A DNA stretch of 64,000 nucleotides from Bradyrhizobiaceae bacterium (lineage in GTDB: Bacteria > Pseudomonadota > Alphaproteobacteria > Rhizobiales > Aestuariivirgaceae), in assembly GCA_947475225.1 (NCBI GenBank), contig CANJMQ010000004.1, positions 8,410 to 72,409 on the forward strand, given 5' to 3'. Shown one piece after another: positions 1-9,837 of the stretch (the stretch's first letter is position 1; every line of letters begins with the position of its first letter). The notes beneath the pieces were generated by a model. It did not search any database and had not been told where the DNA came from. It was given only the letters and a program-made list of their open reading frames with translations. Both the position numbers and the translations under genes were made by a program.

Positions 1-21
1 CAAGCTTGTGGAGGGCCTCCG

Positions 22-3000
22 ATGACGGCGCATGGCGATTTCTCCCCACTTTCAATGACGTCTTCTCCCGCTTCTTCAGCGGGAGAAGAAGAGAGCCGTT
101 GCGACTCGCAACGGGCCCCCTCCTCTCCCGTGTTACCGGAGAGGACGAAGAACCTTGCGCCCGGATGGTGGAACACCCTCGCCCTCCTGCTCGCCACCGT
201 CCTCTCGCTGTTCCTTGCGGCAACCCCCTCGCAGGCCGCCAAGCCCTTCCCTGTGGACCAGTTCACCTGGTACCTCCAGGACTACGACGCCGATCTCGTA
301 AAGGTCGCCAAGGAACTGAAGCGCACAGAGCCAGAAATTCAGGCGGACCTTGCCGCCGCGCGCGCCGCCAACAACGCCCGCCTCGCTGCCTCCTCGCTGG
401 AGCAGCTACTGACGAAGCAGCCCACCAACGGCGCGCTGTGGCTGGACCTTGCTCAGGAACTCTCCGTCGCCACGCCCGTCAATGATTCCGACGGCTACAC
501 GCTTCCCTCCAAGCTGATCGGTGCAGCCCTGAAGGCCTATACCCTGCTGTCCTCGCCGCAGCAGGATTCGCAGGCCCTCAACCTCGCAGCCCAGGGCTTC
601 GCCAAGCGCGAGATGTGGCGGCCCGCACTCACCGCCTACAAGGAAAGCCTCAAGCTGCAGGAGGACCCCGCGATCCGCGAGGCCTTCGAGCAGATGCGCG
701 TCGACCACGGCTTCCGCGTCTCCGACTACAAGGTCGATACCGAAACCGTTCCGCCCCGCGCCTGCTTCGAAATGTCGGAGCCGGTGTCACGCACCGTGAC
801 GGACTTCACCTCCTACTTCACCCAGAACCCGGGTCCCGTCGCCGCTGTCACAGCCGAGGGCACGCGCCTCTGCGTCGAGGGCCTTAAGTATGGCGCGCGC
901 TATTCCATCACCGCCCGCCAGGGCCTTCCCAACGCGACCGACGACACTCTGGCCAAGGACGTGAGCTTCGACTTCTACGTCCGCGACCGCGCCCCCTCGG
1001 TGCGCTTTGCCGGAAATGCCTATGTCCTGCCGCGCACCGGCCAGAACGGCATTCCGCTGATCTCGGTCAACAGCAAGGAGGCGAAGCTCCAGCTGTTCCG
1101 CATCGGCGACCGCAACATGATCGGCAGCGTGCTGGGCTCTGACTTCCGCGGCCAGATCACCGGCTATTCCGCCGCCTCGATCGGCAGCGACAAGGGCAAG
1201 CTCGTCTGGGAAGGCGCGCTCGAAACGCCCTCGCCCCAGAACCAGGACATCACCACCGCAATCCCGGTCGATGAAGCCATGGGCAAGCTTGAGCCCGGAC
1301 TTTACGTGATCACGGCGAAGCCCGCCGCGCTCGAGGCCGAGCAGTATGACAACGTCGCCACCCAGTGGTTCGTCGTCTCGGATCTGGGCCTCGCCACCAT
1401 GACCGGCAAGGACGGCCTGCATGTGAGCCTCCGCTCCATCGCCACCGCCGGCCCAATCGCCAATGCCAAGGTGCGCCTCATCGCCCGTAACAATGAAGTA
1501 CTCGGGGAAACGTCATCTGATGCCTCTGGCACTGCGCTGTTCGATGCCGGCGTGATGAAGGGTGACGGTGGCCAGGCACCAGCACTGGTGGTCGCGCAGT
1601 CGGCCGACAATGACTACAGCTTCCTCGACCTGCAGCAGCCCGCCTTCGACCTCACTGACCGCGGCGTTACCGGCCGCGCCCCCTCTGGTGCCGTCGATGC
1701 CTTCGTCTACGCCGAGCGCGGTGTCTACCGCCGCGGCGAAACCGTGCATGCCAGTGTGCTGCTGCGTGACGACAAGGCCAATGCCATCACGGGCCTGCCA
1801 CTCACCTTCGTGGTCGAGCGTCCGGATGGTGTCGCCTTCCTCACCGACAAGCTCGACGACCAGGGCGCTGGCGGCTTCTCGCGAGACTTCCAGATCGCGC
1901 AGGGCGCACAAGGAGGCACCTGGCGCATCAAGGCCTTTACTGATCCCGCCGGCGATTCCATCGGCGAGACCTCCTTCCTCGTCGAGGACTACATCCCGGA
2001 CCGCATCGCGTTCGACCTCGTCTCCAGGACGCCGAAGGTCAAGGATACGCTGCAGATGAAGGTCGACGGCCGCTATCTGTTCGGAGCACCCGGTGCTGGC
2101 CTCGACCTCGAGGCCAGCGTGACGATCAACGTCGACGACACGCCCTTCCCTGAGTGGAAGGACTACGGTTTCGGCCTGATGGACGAACGGCCAGACCCGA
2201 TCCAGGTCACTGCCGCCGATTTGGCCGCCACCGACATCAACGGCCACGCCGACATCGACATCGCGCTGCCGGAACTTCCCGTGACCTCGCAACCCCTGAA
2301 GGCCGACGTCTCGGTGCGTATGCGCGAGCCGGGCGGCCGCGCGGTGGAACGCACCGCGAGCCTGCCCATCGAAGCGTCCCAGCCGCTGTTCGGCATCATG
2401 CCGAACTTCGAGGACGGTGCCGCACTCGAAGGTCAGGCCGCCTCCTTCTCGCTCATCGCGGTGGATCCGGACGGCAAGCTGAAGCCCATCAAGGGCGCCA
2501 ACTGGACGCTGAAGCGCCTGGTGCGTGACTGGCAGTGGTTCAACAGCAATGGCCAGTGGCAGTGGGAGTCCGTCACCCGTACCTCGAAGATCGCCAATGG
2601 CACGCTGGATTTGAGCGGCGACAAACCCACCGACTTTGCCCAGACCCTCTCATGGGGCGAATACCGCCTCGAGATCGACGCGCCGGGCATCACGCCCGCC
2701 TCGATCGACTTCGCCTCGGGCTACTACTCCGGCAACACCTCCAAGTCGGACACCCCCGACACGCTGAAGGTCGCGCTTGACACGACGGACGTGAAGACCG
2801 GCGACACGATCAACGTCAAGATCGACGCGCGCTATGCCGGCAAGGCCACGGTGCAGATCGTCGGCGAGAAGCTGCTGGCCTCCCAGCAGGTAGACGTTCC
2901 CGAAGGCGGCATCACGCTGCCCTTCACGGTGGGCGAAGGCTGGGGTACCGGCGCCTATGTGCTGGCGAGCCTCTACAAGCCGATGGACGTCAAGGCCAAG

Positions 3001-5376
3001 CGCATGCCGTCGCGTGCCATGGGCCTCGCCTGGTTCGGCATCGACCGCGCAGCGCGAACACTCGACGTTTCGCTGAACACGCCCGACCTGATGAAGCCGC
3101 GCACCAAGCTCACCGTTCCGGTGAAGATCGGCAACCTCACCGCCGGTGAGGACGCCTTCATCACGGTGGCGGCGGTCGACGTCGGCATCCTCAACCTCAC
3201 GCGCTATGATCCGCCCGCGCCCGAGAACTTCTACTATGACCAGAAGCAGCTCACCGCGCAGCTCCGCGACATATACGGCAGCCTGATCGACGGCATGCAG
3301 GGCGAGCGCGGCAAGCTGCGCAACGGTGGTGACGGCGGCGCGGCCTTCAACGCCCCGCCGCCTGCGCAGAAGCCGCTGGCGCTCTATTCCGGCATCGTGA
3401 AGGTGGGCGACGACGGCACGGCCTCGGTGGACTTCGACATTCCCGCCTTCAACGGCACCATCCGAGTCATGGCTGTCGCCTGGAGCAAGACCAAGGTCGG
3501 CCATGGCACGAAGGACGTGATCGCGCGAGACCCCGTGGTCGTCTCCGGCACCATGCCTCGCTTCCTCGCAGTGGGCGATGCTTCGCAACTGCGCTTCGAC
3601 ATCGTGAATGCCGAGGGGCCGGCTGGCGACTACACGCTCGGCGTCTCGATTGACGGTCCGGTGACGCCCGATGCCAACACCGCGATCCAGAAGCTGACAC
3701 TCGGTGCCGCCGGTGCACGCGCCACCATCACCGTTCCCGTCAAGGGCTCGGGCTATGGCGTTGCCAGCATCGTCGCCACGCTGAAGGGCCCAGGTGACAT
3801 CCTGCTCGACCAGGACTTCTCGCTCGGCGTCGAGCCTGCCAACCCGCTGGTCACGCGCCGCACCACCATGCCGCTGCAGGCCAAGGGCGGCTCGCTCACC
3901 ATCGGCAAGGATCTCCTGACCGAGATGGTGCCAGGCACCGGCACGGTGGCTCTCTCCATCAGCCCGCTGCCGCAGCTCGATGCCGCGGGGCTGGTGCGTG
4001 ATCTCGACAAATATCCTTACGGCTGCTCCGAGCAGACGGTCAGCCGCGCCCTGCCGCTCCTTTACCTGAGCGACCTCGGCGTTGATCCCAAAGACCTTGA
4101 CGCGGAGATCCCGGACCGCATGCAGAAGGCGGTGACACGCCTCGTCAACCGTCAGTCGGCTTCGGGCTCCTTCGGGTTGTGGTCGGCCTATGGTGAAGAC
4201 TCCAGCCTGTGGCTCACGGCCTACGTCACCGATTTCCTGCTGCGTGCGCGCGAGAAGGGCTTCGCCGTGCCGGAGGACGTGCTGGTCGGCGGCCTCGACT
4301 ACATCCGCAACATGGTCGGCAACGCGCCGGACATCGAGGACGGCGGCGGCCAGGACATGGCCTACGCCCTCTATGTGCTGGCCCGCGCCGGCCGCGCTCC
4401 CGTAGGTGACCTCAAATACCTCGCTGACACCAAGATCAGCCAGTTTGGCTCGCCGCTTGCCCGCGCGCAGGTGGCCGCCGCCCTGTCGATCCTCGGCGAC
4501 CAGCAGCGCTCCGATGCCGCCTTCGCTTCCGCCATCGAGAAACTGGGGGACGAGGTGGACTCCTCCGAGCGTGGTGCCTATCGCGCCGACTATGGCTCGG
4601 TGCTGCGCGATGCCTCGGCGATCCTGGCGCTCGCCACGGATTCCAAGGCCAAGCCCGCCGTCATCAAGACGGCGATGAGCGCCATCGAAGTGGAGCGCGC
4701 CCGCTCCAGCTATGCCTCCACCCAGGACATGGCCTGGATGGTGCTGGCCGCCCGCTCGGTCATCAACCAGGCAAAGTCGATCCGCCTTGATGTCGACGGC
4801 ACGCCGCATGATGGCAGCTTCAACCGCGTCTACAGCGCGGCGGCACTCACCAAGGACGTGAAGGTGCAGAATATGGGTCCGGACCTCGTGAAGGCGGTCG
4901 TCGCCGTATCGGGCTCGCCCCTCGTGCCGGAGCCCGCCGCCAGCAACGGCCTCACCATCGAGCGCAAGTACTTCACGCCCGACGGCCAGCCGGTAGACCC
5001 CGCCACCGTCAGGCAGAACACCCGTCTCGTTGCGGTGCTGAGCGTGATGAAGCAGCAGGGCGAGGCCGACAACGGCAACTACCTGCTGGTTGACCGCCTG
5101 CCGGCGGGCTTCGAGATCGAGAACCCGACGCTCGTCTCGTCCGGCTCCACGGCCGACCTCGCCTGGCTCTCCGACACCACCTACGCGCCCTACACCGAGT
5201 TCCGGGATGACCGTTTCGTGGCGAGTTTCACCAGTTCCACCGCCAAGCTCGCCTATATGATCCGCGCCATCTCGCCCGGCGTCTATGTGCATCCGGGTGT
5301 GACGGTGGAGGACATGTACCGCCCTGAACTCAACGCCCGCACCACGTCCGGCACGGTGACGGTGACGGCACCCTGA
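22..5376 (+). CDS. Bacterial alpha-2-macroglobulin (MG2/YfhM family)
   Basis: 1784 aa; GGAGG at 10-14; signal-peptide h-region; ERGVYRRGETVH MG motif; thioester motif YPYGCSEQ; C-terminal EDMYRPE; followed by pbpC. Confidence 0.95.
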   Translation: MTAHGDFSPLSMTSSPASSAGEEESRCDSQRAPSSPVLPERTKNLAPGWWNTLALLLATVLSLFLAATPSQAAKPFPVDQFTWYLQDYDADLVKVAKELKRTEPEIQADLAAARAANNARLAASSLEQLLTKQPTNGALWLDLAQELSVATPVNDSDGYTLPSKLIGAALKAYTLLSSPQQDSQALNLAAQGFAKREMWRPALTAYKESLKLQEDPAIREAFEQMRVDHGFRVSDYKVDTETVPPRACFEMSEPVSRTVTDFTSYFTQNPGPVAAVTAEGTRLCVEGLKYGARYSITARQGLPNATDDTLAKDVSFDFYVRDRAPSVRFAGNAYVLPRTGQNGIPLISVNSKEAKLQLFRIGDRNMIGSVLGSDFRGQITGYSAASIGSDKGKLVWEGALETPSPQNQDITTAIPVDEAMGKLEPGLYVITAKPAALEAEQYDNVATQWFVVSDLGLATMTGKDGLHVSLRSIATAGPIANAKVRLIARNNEVLGETSSDASGTALFDAGVMKGDGGQAPALVVAQSADNDYSFLDLQQPAFDLTDRGVTGRAPSGAVDAFVYAERGVYRRGETVHASVLLRDDKANAITGLPLTFVVERPDGVAFLTDKLDDQGAGGFSRDFQIAQGAQGGTWRIKAFTDPAGDSIGETSFLVEDYIPDRIAFDLVSRTPKVKDTLQMKVDGRYLFGAPGAGLDLEASVTINVDDTPFPEWKDYGFGLMDERPDPIQVTAADLAATDINGHADIDIALPELPVTSQPLKADVSVRMREPGGRAVERTASLPIEASQPLFGIMPNFEDGAALEGQAASFSLIAVDPDGKLKPIKGANWTLKRLVRDWQWFNSNGQWQWESVTRTSKIANGTLDLSGDKPTDFAQTLSWGEYRLEIDAPGITPASIDFASGYYSGNTSKSDTPDTLKVALDTTDVKTGDTINVKIDARYAGKATVQIVGEKLLASQQVDVPEGGITLPFTVGEGWGTGAYVLASLYKPMDVKAKRMPSRAMGLAWFGIDRAARTLDVSLNTPDLMKPRTKLTVPVKIGNLTAGEDAFITVAAVDVGILNLTRYDPPAPENFYYDQKQLTAQLRDIYGSLIDGMQGERGKLRNGGDGGAAFNAPPPAQKPLALYSGIVKVGDDGTASVDFDIPAFNGTIRVMAVAWSKTKVGHGTKDVIARDPVVVSGTMPRFLAVGDASQLRFDIVNAEGPAGDYTLGVSIDGPVTPDANTAIQKLTLGAAGARATITVPVKGSGYGVASIVATLKGPGDILLDQDFSLGVEPANPLVTRRTTMPLQAKGGSLTIGKDLLTEMVPGTGTVALSISPLPQLDAAGLVRDLDKYPYGCSEQTVSRALPLLYLSDLGVDPKDLDAEIPDRMQKAVTRLVNRQSASGSFGLWSAYGEDSSLWLTAYVTDFLLRAREKGFAVPEDVLVGGLDYIRNMVGNAPDIEDGGGQDMAYALYVLARAGRAPVGDLKYLADTKISQFGSPLARAQVAAALSILGDQQRSDAAFASAIEKLGDEVDSSERGAYRADYGSVLRDASAILALATDSKAKPAVIKTAMSAIEVERARSSYASTQDMAWMVLAARSVINQAKSIRLDVDGTPHDGSFNRVYSAAALTKDVKVQNMGPDLVKAVVAVSGSPLVPEPAASNGLTIERKYFTPDGQPVDPATVRQNTRLVAVLSVMKQQGEADNGNYLLVDRLPAGFEIENPTLVSSGSTADLAWLSDTTYAPYTEFRDDRFVASFTSSTAKLAYMIRAISPGVYVHPGVTVEDMYRPELNARTTSGTVTVTAP
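61..145. repeat. Three tandem palindromic hairpins (REP/RPE-like) within the macroglobulin 5' end
   Basis: TCTTCTCCCGCT/AGCGGGAGAAGA (61-89), CCGTTGCG/CGCAACGG (96-114), TCCTCTCC/GGAGAGGA (121-145). Confidence 0.7.
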
Positions 5377-7475
5377 TGAGAACCAGGCCCCGCAGCAGAT
5401 GGCCCTTGCGCCTCTATGCGGGGCTGCTCTTCGGCCTCCTCGCGGTCAACGCGGTGGGCTTCACGGCGAGCGAGGTTCTGCGGCGCTTGGGCCCAGTGCC
5501 GCTCGGCAAGGCCATCACCTATTCCACGCTGGTGACCGACAGGGACGGCCGCCTGCTCCGCCCCTTCATCACCAAGGACGGCTACTGGCGCCTGCCGGTG
5601 ACGTCAAAGGACATCGACCCGCGCTTCATCGCGATGCTCATCGCCTATGAGGACAAGCGCTTCTACGCGCATGCGGGGGTTGATCCCAAGGCCCTGCTGC
5701 GCGCCGCATGGCAGGCCGCAACGCATGGCCATGTTGTCTCCGGCGGTTCCACCCTCACCATGCAGGTGGCGCGCCTGCTCGAGCCGCGCCCGGCGCGCAG
5801 CTTCACTGACAAGCTTGCCGAAATGATCCGTGCACTGCAGATCGAGCGCCGCCTGACGAAGCAGCAGATCCTCGATCTCTACCTCGCACTCGCCCCCTAT
5901 GGCGGCAACATCGAGGGCACGCGCGCCGCATCGCTGGCCTATTTCGGCAAGGAGCCGAGGCGGTTGTCAACCGCTGAGAGCGCGCTGCTCGTGGCGCTCC
6001 CGCAGGCGCCCGAGACGCGCCGCCCCGACCGGTTCCCGAAAATCGCCGTTGCCGCCCGCAACCGCGTGATCACGCTCCTCAACAGCGCCAGCATCGTCAA
6101 TTCCGATCAGGCTGTGGCAGCTTCAGCCGAAGTCGCGCCGAAGGGCCGTCTCGCCTTCCCGATGCTTGCCGCACACGTGGCCGAGCGCCTGGCGAAGCAG
6201 GCCCAGCCGGGCGCCGTGGAACAGACCACCATCGCACGCAACCTGCAGGCCTCGCTCGAAACACTGACCCGCGACCGCGCGCTCCTCATCGGCTCCGGTG
6301 TCGCCACCGCAATCCTCGTCATCGACAACGAGACGGGCGAAGTCCGCGCCCATGTCGGCGGCACGGGCTATTTCGACACCCTGCGTGCGGGGCAGATGGA
6401 CCTTGCCAACGCGCTGCGCTCACCGGGCTCGACGCTCAAGCCCTTCATCTATGGCCTCGCCTTCGAGGATGGCCTCATCCACCCCGAAACCCTCATCGAC
6501 GACCGCGCCGTGCGCTACGGCGCCTATGCGCCGGAAAACTTCGATGACAGTTTCCACGGCACGGTCACGGTGCGCACGGCATTGCAGCAGTCTCTCAACG
6601 TGCCGGCCCTGCAGATCCTCAATGCGGTGGGGCCGGACCGCCTCATGGCCCGCCTCAACAATGCCGGGGTGAAACTCGTGCTGCCCCAGAATGCCGGACC
6701 CGGGCTCGCCGTTGGCTTGGGCGGTGCGGGCATCCGCCTCACCGACCTTGCAGCGCTCTATGTTGCTCTCGCCCGCAAGGGTCAGCCCATCCAACTCAGC
6801 TGGCAACTGTCCGATGAGCGCAACGCGAAGCCGCTGCGCCGCCTGTTCGAACCCACTGCCACCTGGATGATCGGCGACGTGCTGAAGGGCGCGCCCACGC
6901 CGCAGAACGCGATTGGCGGCCAGATCGCCTTCAAGACCGGCACATCCTACGGCTACCGCGATGCCTGGGCGGTGGGCTATGACGGCGCCAACACAATTGC
7001 CGTGTGGGTGGGCCGCCCGGATGGCGCGTCGGTGCCCGGCGTCGTCGGGCGCCTCGCCGCGGCCCCCATCCTGTTCGAGGCCTTCCAGCGCATCGGTGCA
7101 AACCGCGCGCCGCTTGGGCCCGCACCACCCGGCACCGTCATCGCCCGCACCAACGAGCTTCCTGCCAACCTGCAGCGCTTCCGGCCCAATGCGCTGCCGG
7201 AAGTCGCCACCGCTTCACTGGGCGAATCACCGCCCGCCATCGCCTTCCCGCCGGACGGCGCGCGGATCGATCTTGATGGTGATTCAGCCCCGGCTGTCAG
7301 CCTCAAGGTCAATGGCGGCACGCCACCCTTCACCTGGCTTGCCGATGGCGTTCCCATCGCCGAGCGCGAGTTCCGCCGCGATGCCTTCTGGGACCAGCCA
7401 TCGCATGGATTTGCCCGCTTGTCGGTGATCGATGCGAAGGGCAAAACAGCCACGGCGCGCGTGCGCGTCGAATGA
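5376..7475 (+). CDS. pbpC: Penicillin-binding protein 1C
   Basis: Transglycosylase motifs EDKRFY and GGSTLTMQVAR; transpeptidase STLK and KTGT; canonical pairing with A2M. Confidence 0.95.
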   Translation: MRTRPRSRWPLRLYAGLLFGLLAVNAVGFTASEVLRRLGPVPLGKAITYSTLVTDRDGRLLRPFITKDGYWRLPVTSKDIDPRFIAMLIAYEDKRFYAHAGVDPKALLRAAWQAATHGHVVSGGSTLTMQVARLLEPRPARSFTDKLAEMIRALQIERRLTKQQILDLYLALAPYGGNIEGTRAASLAYFGKEPRRLSTAESALLVALPQAPETRRPDRFPKIAVAARNRVITLLNSASIVNSDQAVAASAEVAPKGRLAFPMLAAHVAERLAKQAQPGAVEQTTIARNLQASLETLTRDRALLIGSGVATAILVIDNETGEVRAHVGGTGYFDTLRAGQMDLANALRSPGSTLKPFIYGLAFEDGLIHPETLIDDRAVRYGAYAPENFDDSFHGTVTVRTALQQSLNVPALQILNAVGPDRLMARLNNAGVKLVLPQNAGPGLAVGLGGAGIRLTDLAALYVALARKGQPIQLSWQLSDERNAKPLRRLFEPTATWMIGDVLKGAPTPQNAIGGQIAFKTGTSYGYRDAWAVGYDGANTIAVWVGRPDGASVPGVVGRLAAAPILFEAFQRIGANRAPLGPAPPGTVIARTNELPANLQRFRPNALPEVATASLGESPPAIAFPPDGARIDLDGDSAPAVSLKVNGGTPPFTWLADGVPIAEREFRRDAFWDQPSHGFARLSVIDAKGKTATARVRVE

Positions 7476-7490
7476 GCTGAAGGATTGGCC

Positions 7491-8693
7491 ATGCCCGACA
7501 CCAACTGGACCACCCGCCCCTGGCACCGCGACTGGCTGAAGGTCCAGGCCAACGCGCTCTTCGACCTGTTCCAGAACAATGCGGTGAACCCCAAGGGCGG
7601 CTTCCACGATCTCGATGCTGCGGGCCGCCCCTACGGTCACATCCGCCACCTCCACCACACGTCGCGCATGGTGCATTGCTTCGCTATCGCCGCCAGGCTC
7701 GGGCGGCCCGGCGCAGAAACCATCGTCGATCACGGCATGCGCTATCTGTGGGAAGGCCACCGTGACAGGCAATACGGCGGCTATTGCTGGTCGCTTGATG
7801 ACGACTCATTCACGGATGACAGCAAGCAGGCCTATGGCCACGCCTTCGTGCTGCTTGCAGCGGCCGACGCCTTGATGATCGGCCATCCGCTCGCCAAGGA
7901 CATGCTCGCCGACGTCACCGACGTGCTGAACGTCCGGTTCTGGGATGACCACCACGGCGCCGTCTCCGAGGAATATGCCCGCAACTGGGCAAAGATCTCA
8001 GGCTATCGCGGCCAGAACTCCAACATGCACCTCACGGAGGCGCTGATGGCCGCCTTCGAGGCCACGCATGATGCAGCCTATCTCGACAAGGCCAAGCGGA
8101 TCGCCAAGCTTATCATCCGCACCCACGCGGCCTCGCTGGACTATGTGGTGGCCGAGCATTTCGACGAGCAGTGGAAGATCGACAAGGGCTACAAGGGGTC
8201 TGACATGTTCCGCCCGGCAGGAACAACGCCCGGCCACTGGCTGGAATGGGCTAGGCTCATGGCCCAGCTCTGGGTGCTCGACGGCCGCAAGGAGGAATGG
8301 ATGATCGACGCTGCGGACAAGCTGTTCCGCAGCGCCATCACCCGCGGCTGGGACGAGGTGAAGGGCGGCTTCTACTACACGCTCGACTTCGCCAACCAGC
8401 CCGCCATCACCCACAAGATCTGGTGGCCCGTCACCGAGGCCATCGGCGCCGCCGCTTTCCTCAACGCGCTGACGCCCAACCACTTCTATGAACACTGGTA
8501 CCGCAAGGTATGGGACTTCTCGGCAATCCACTTCATCGACCCCGCCACTGGCGGATGGTTCCCCGAACTGGGCAACGACCTGAAGCCGATCGACCGTTTC
8601 TTCACCGGAAAGCCCGACATCTACCACGCGCTCCAGGCCTCTCTCATCCCGCTGTTCCCGGCCACCGGCAGCCTGATGCGGGCCGCGGGCTAA
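7491..8693 (+). CDS. AGE family epimerase/isomerase (YihS/mannose isomerase-like)
   Basis: Motifs AYGHAFVLLA, QNSNMHLTEA, PGHWLEW, WWPVTE, KPDIYH. Confidence 0.85.
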   Translation: MPDTNWTTRPWHRDWLKVQANALFDLFQNNAVNPKGGFHDLDAAGRPYGHIRHLHHTSRMVHCFAIAARLGRPGAETIVDHGMRYLWEGHRDRQYGGYCWSLDDDSFTDDSKQAYGHAFVLLAAADALMIGHPLAKDMLADVTDVLNVRFWDDHHGAVSEEYARNWAKISGYRGQNSNMHLTEALMAAFEATHDAAYLDKAKRIAKLIIRTHAASLDYVVAEHFDEQWKIDKGYKGSDMFRPAGTTPGHWLEWARLMAQLWVLDGRKEEWMIDAADKLFRSAITRGWDEVKGGFYYTLDFANQPAITHKIWWPVTEAIGAAAFLNALTPNHFYEHWYRKVWDFSAIHFIDPATGGWFPELGNDLKPIDRFFTGKPDIYHALQASLIPLFPATGSLMRAAG

Positions 8694-8796
8694 GCCCGAA
8701 ATGCACCCGACAGGCCCCGCCCCAACGGGGTCGGCCAGTCATCCGCCGAGAGTGGCGGAGCCGGCCCGGCCACGCAAAAACACCGTATTTGCCAAG

Positions 8797-8814
8797 CGTA
8801 AATCGTATGTTACA
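8797..8814. promoter_or_regulatory. Degenerate PpsR box upstream of bchI
   Basis: CGT-N12-ACA, 9 nt before the ATG at 8824; TTGCCA at 8789. Confidence 0.5.
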
Positions 8815-8823
8815 CCTAGCCAC

Positions 8824-9837
8824 ATGACACTTCGATATCCCTTCTCGGCCATTGCGGGCCAGGACGAACTGTTGCTGGCGCTGCTGCTCACTGCCGTCGA
8901 CCCGCTGATCGGCGGCCTCCTCGCCTTCGGCGACCGGGGCACCGGCAAATCCACCGCCGTGCGAGCGCTGGCCGCCCTGCTGCCCGAGATCCGCGCCGCC
9001 TCCTGCGCCTATCACTGCGACCCGGACAGTACCTCCGCCCAGTGCGATGCCTGCCGCAGGGAGGCAACCCACAAGATCCGGAAGATTTCCATTCCGGTGG
9101 TCGACCTGCCGCTCGGCGCCACCGAGGACCGGGTGCTGGGCTCGCTCAATCTCGAGCGCGCGCTGTCGCATGGCGAAAAAAGCTTCGAGCCGGGCCTGCT
9201 GGCACAGGCCAACCGCGGTTATCTCTATGTCGACGAGGTGAACCTGCTGGAAGATCACATCGTCGACCTGCTCCTGGACGTCGCGGCATCGGGCGAAAAC
9301 GTGGTGGAGCGCGAGGGCCTCTCGGTGCGCCACCCAGCCCGCGTCGTACTGGTTGGCAGCGGCAACCCGGAAGAGGGTGAACTGCGCCCGCAGCTTCTCG
9401 ACCGCTTCGGCCTCTCCGTCGAGGTGCGCACACCCACCGAGGTTGCGACCTGGGTCGAGATCGTCAAGCGCCGCGATGCCTTCGAGCGCGACCCGGAGGC
9501 TTTCACCGCGCTGTGGGCCAAGCAAGAGGACCAGACGCGCCGCCGCATCGTGAAGGCGCGCAAGCATCTGAACGACGTCGAGGTGCCGGATGGCATCCTC
9601 GAGCGCGCCGCTGCCCTGTGCATCAACCTCAAGACCGACGGATTGCGCGGCCAGCTGACGCTGATGCGCGCCGCCCGCGCGCTCGCGGCCTATGAAGGCG
9701 CCAAGCGCGTCACAGAGGAGCACCTGAAGCACATGGCGGCCCCCTCACTGCGCCACCGCCTGCGCAGGAATCCGCTGGACGAGACGGGCTCCACCACCCG
9801 CATCAGCCGTGCCGTCACCGAGGTTTTCGGCGCGTGA
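8824..9837 (+). CDS. bchI: Magnesium chelatase subunit I
   Basis: YPFSAIAGQ, Walker A GDRGTGKST, LPLGATEDRV, YVDEVNLL. Confidence 0.97.
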   Translation: MTLRYPFSAIAGQDELLLALLLTAVDPLIGGLLAFGDRGTGKSTAVRALAALLPEIRAASCAYHCDPDSTSAQCDACRREATHKIRKISIPVVDLPLGATEDRVLGSLNLERALSHGEKSFEPGLLAQANRGYLYVDEVNLLEDHIVDLLLDVAASGENVVEREGLSVRHPARVVLVGSGNPEEGELRPQLLDRFGLSVEVRTPTEVATWVEIVKRRDAFERDPEAFTALWAKQEDQTRRRIVKARKHLNDVEVPDGILERAAALCINLKTDGLRGQLTLMRAARALAAYEGAKRVTEEHLKHMAAPSLRHRLRRNPLDETGSTTRISRAVTEVFGA

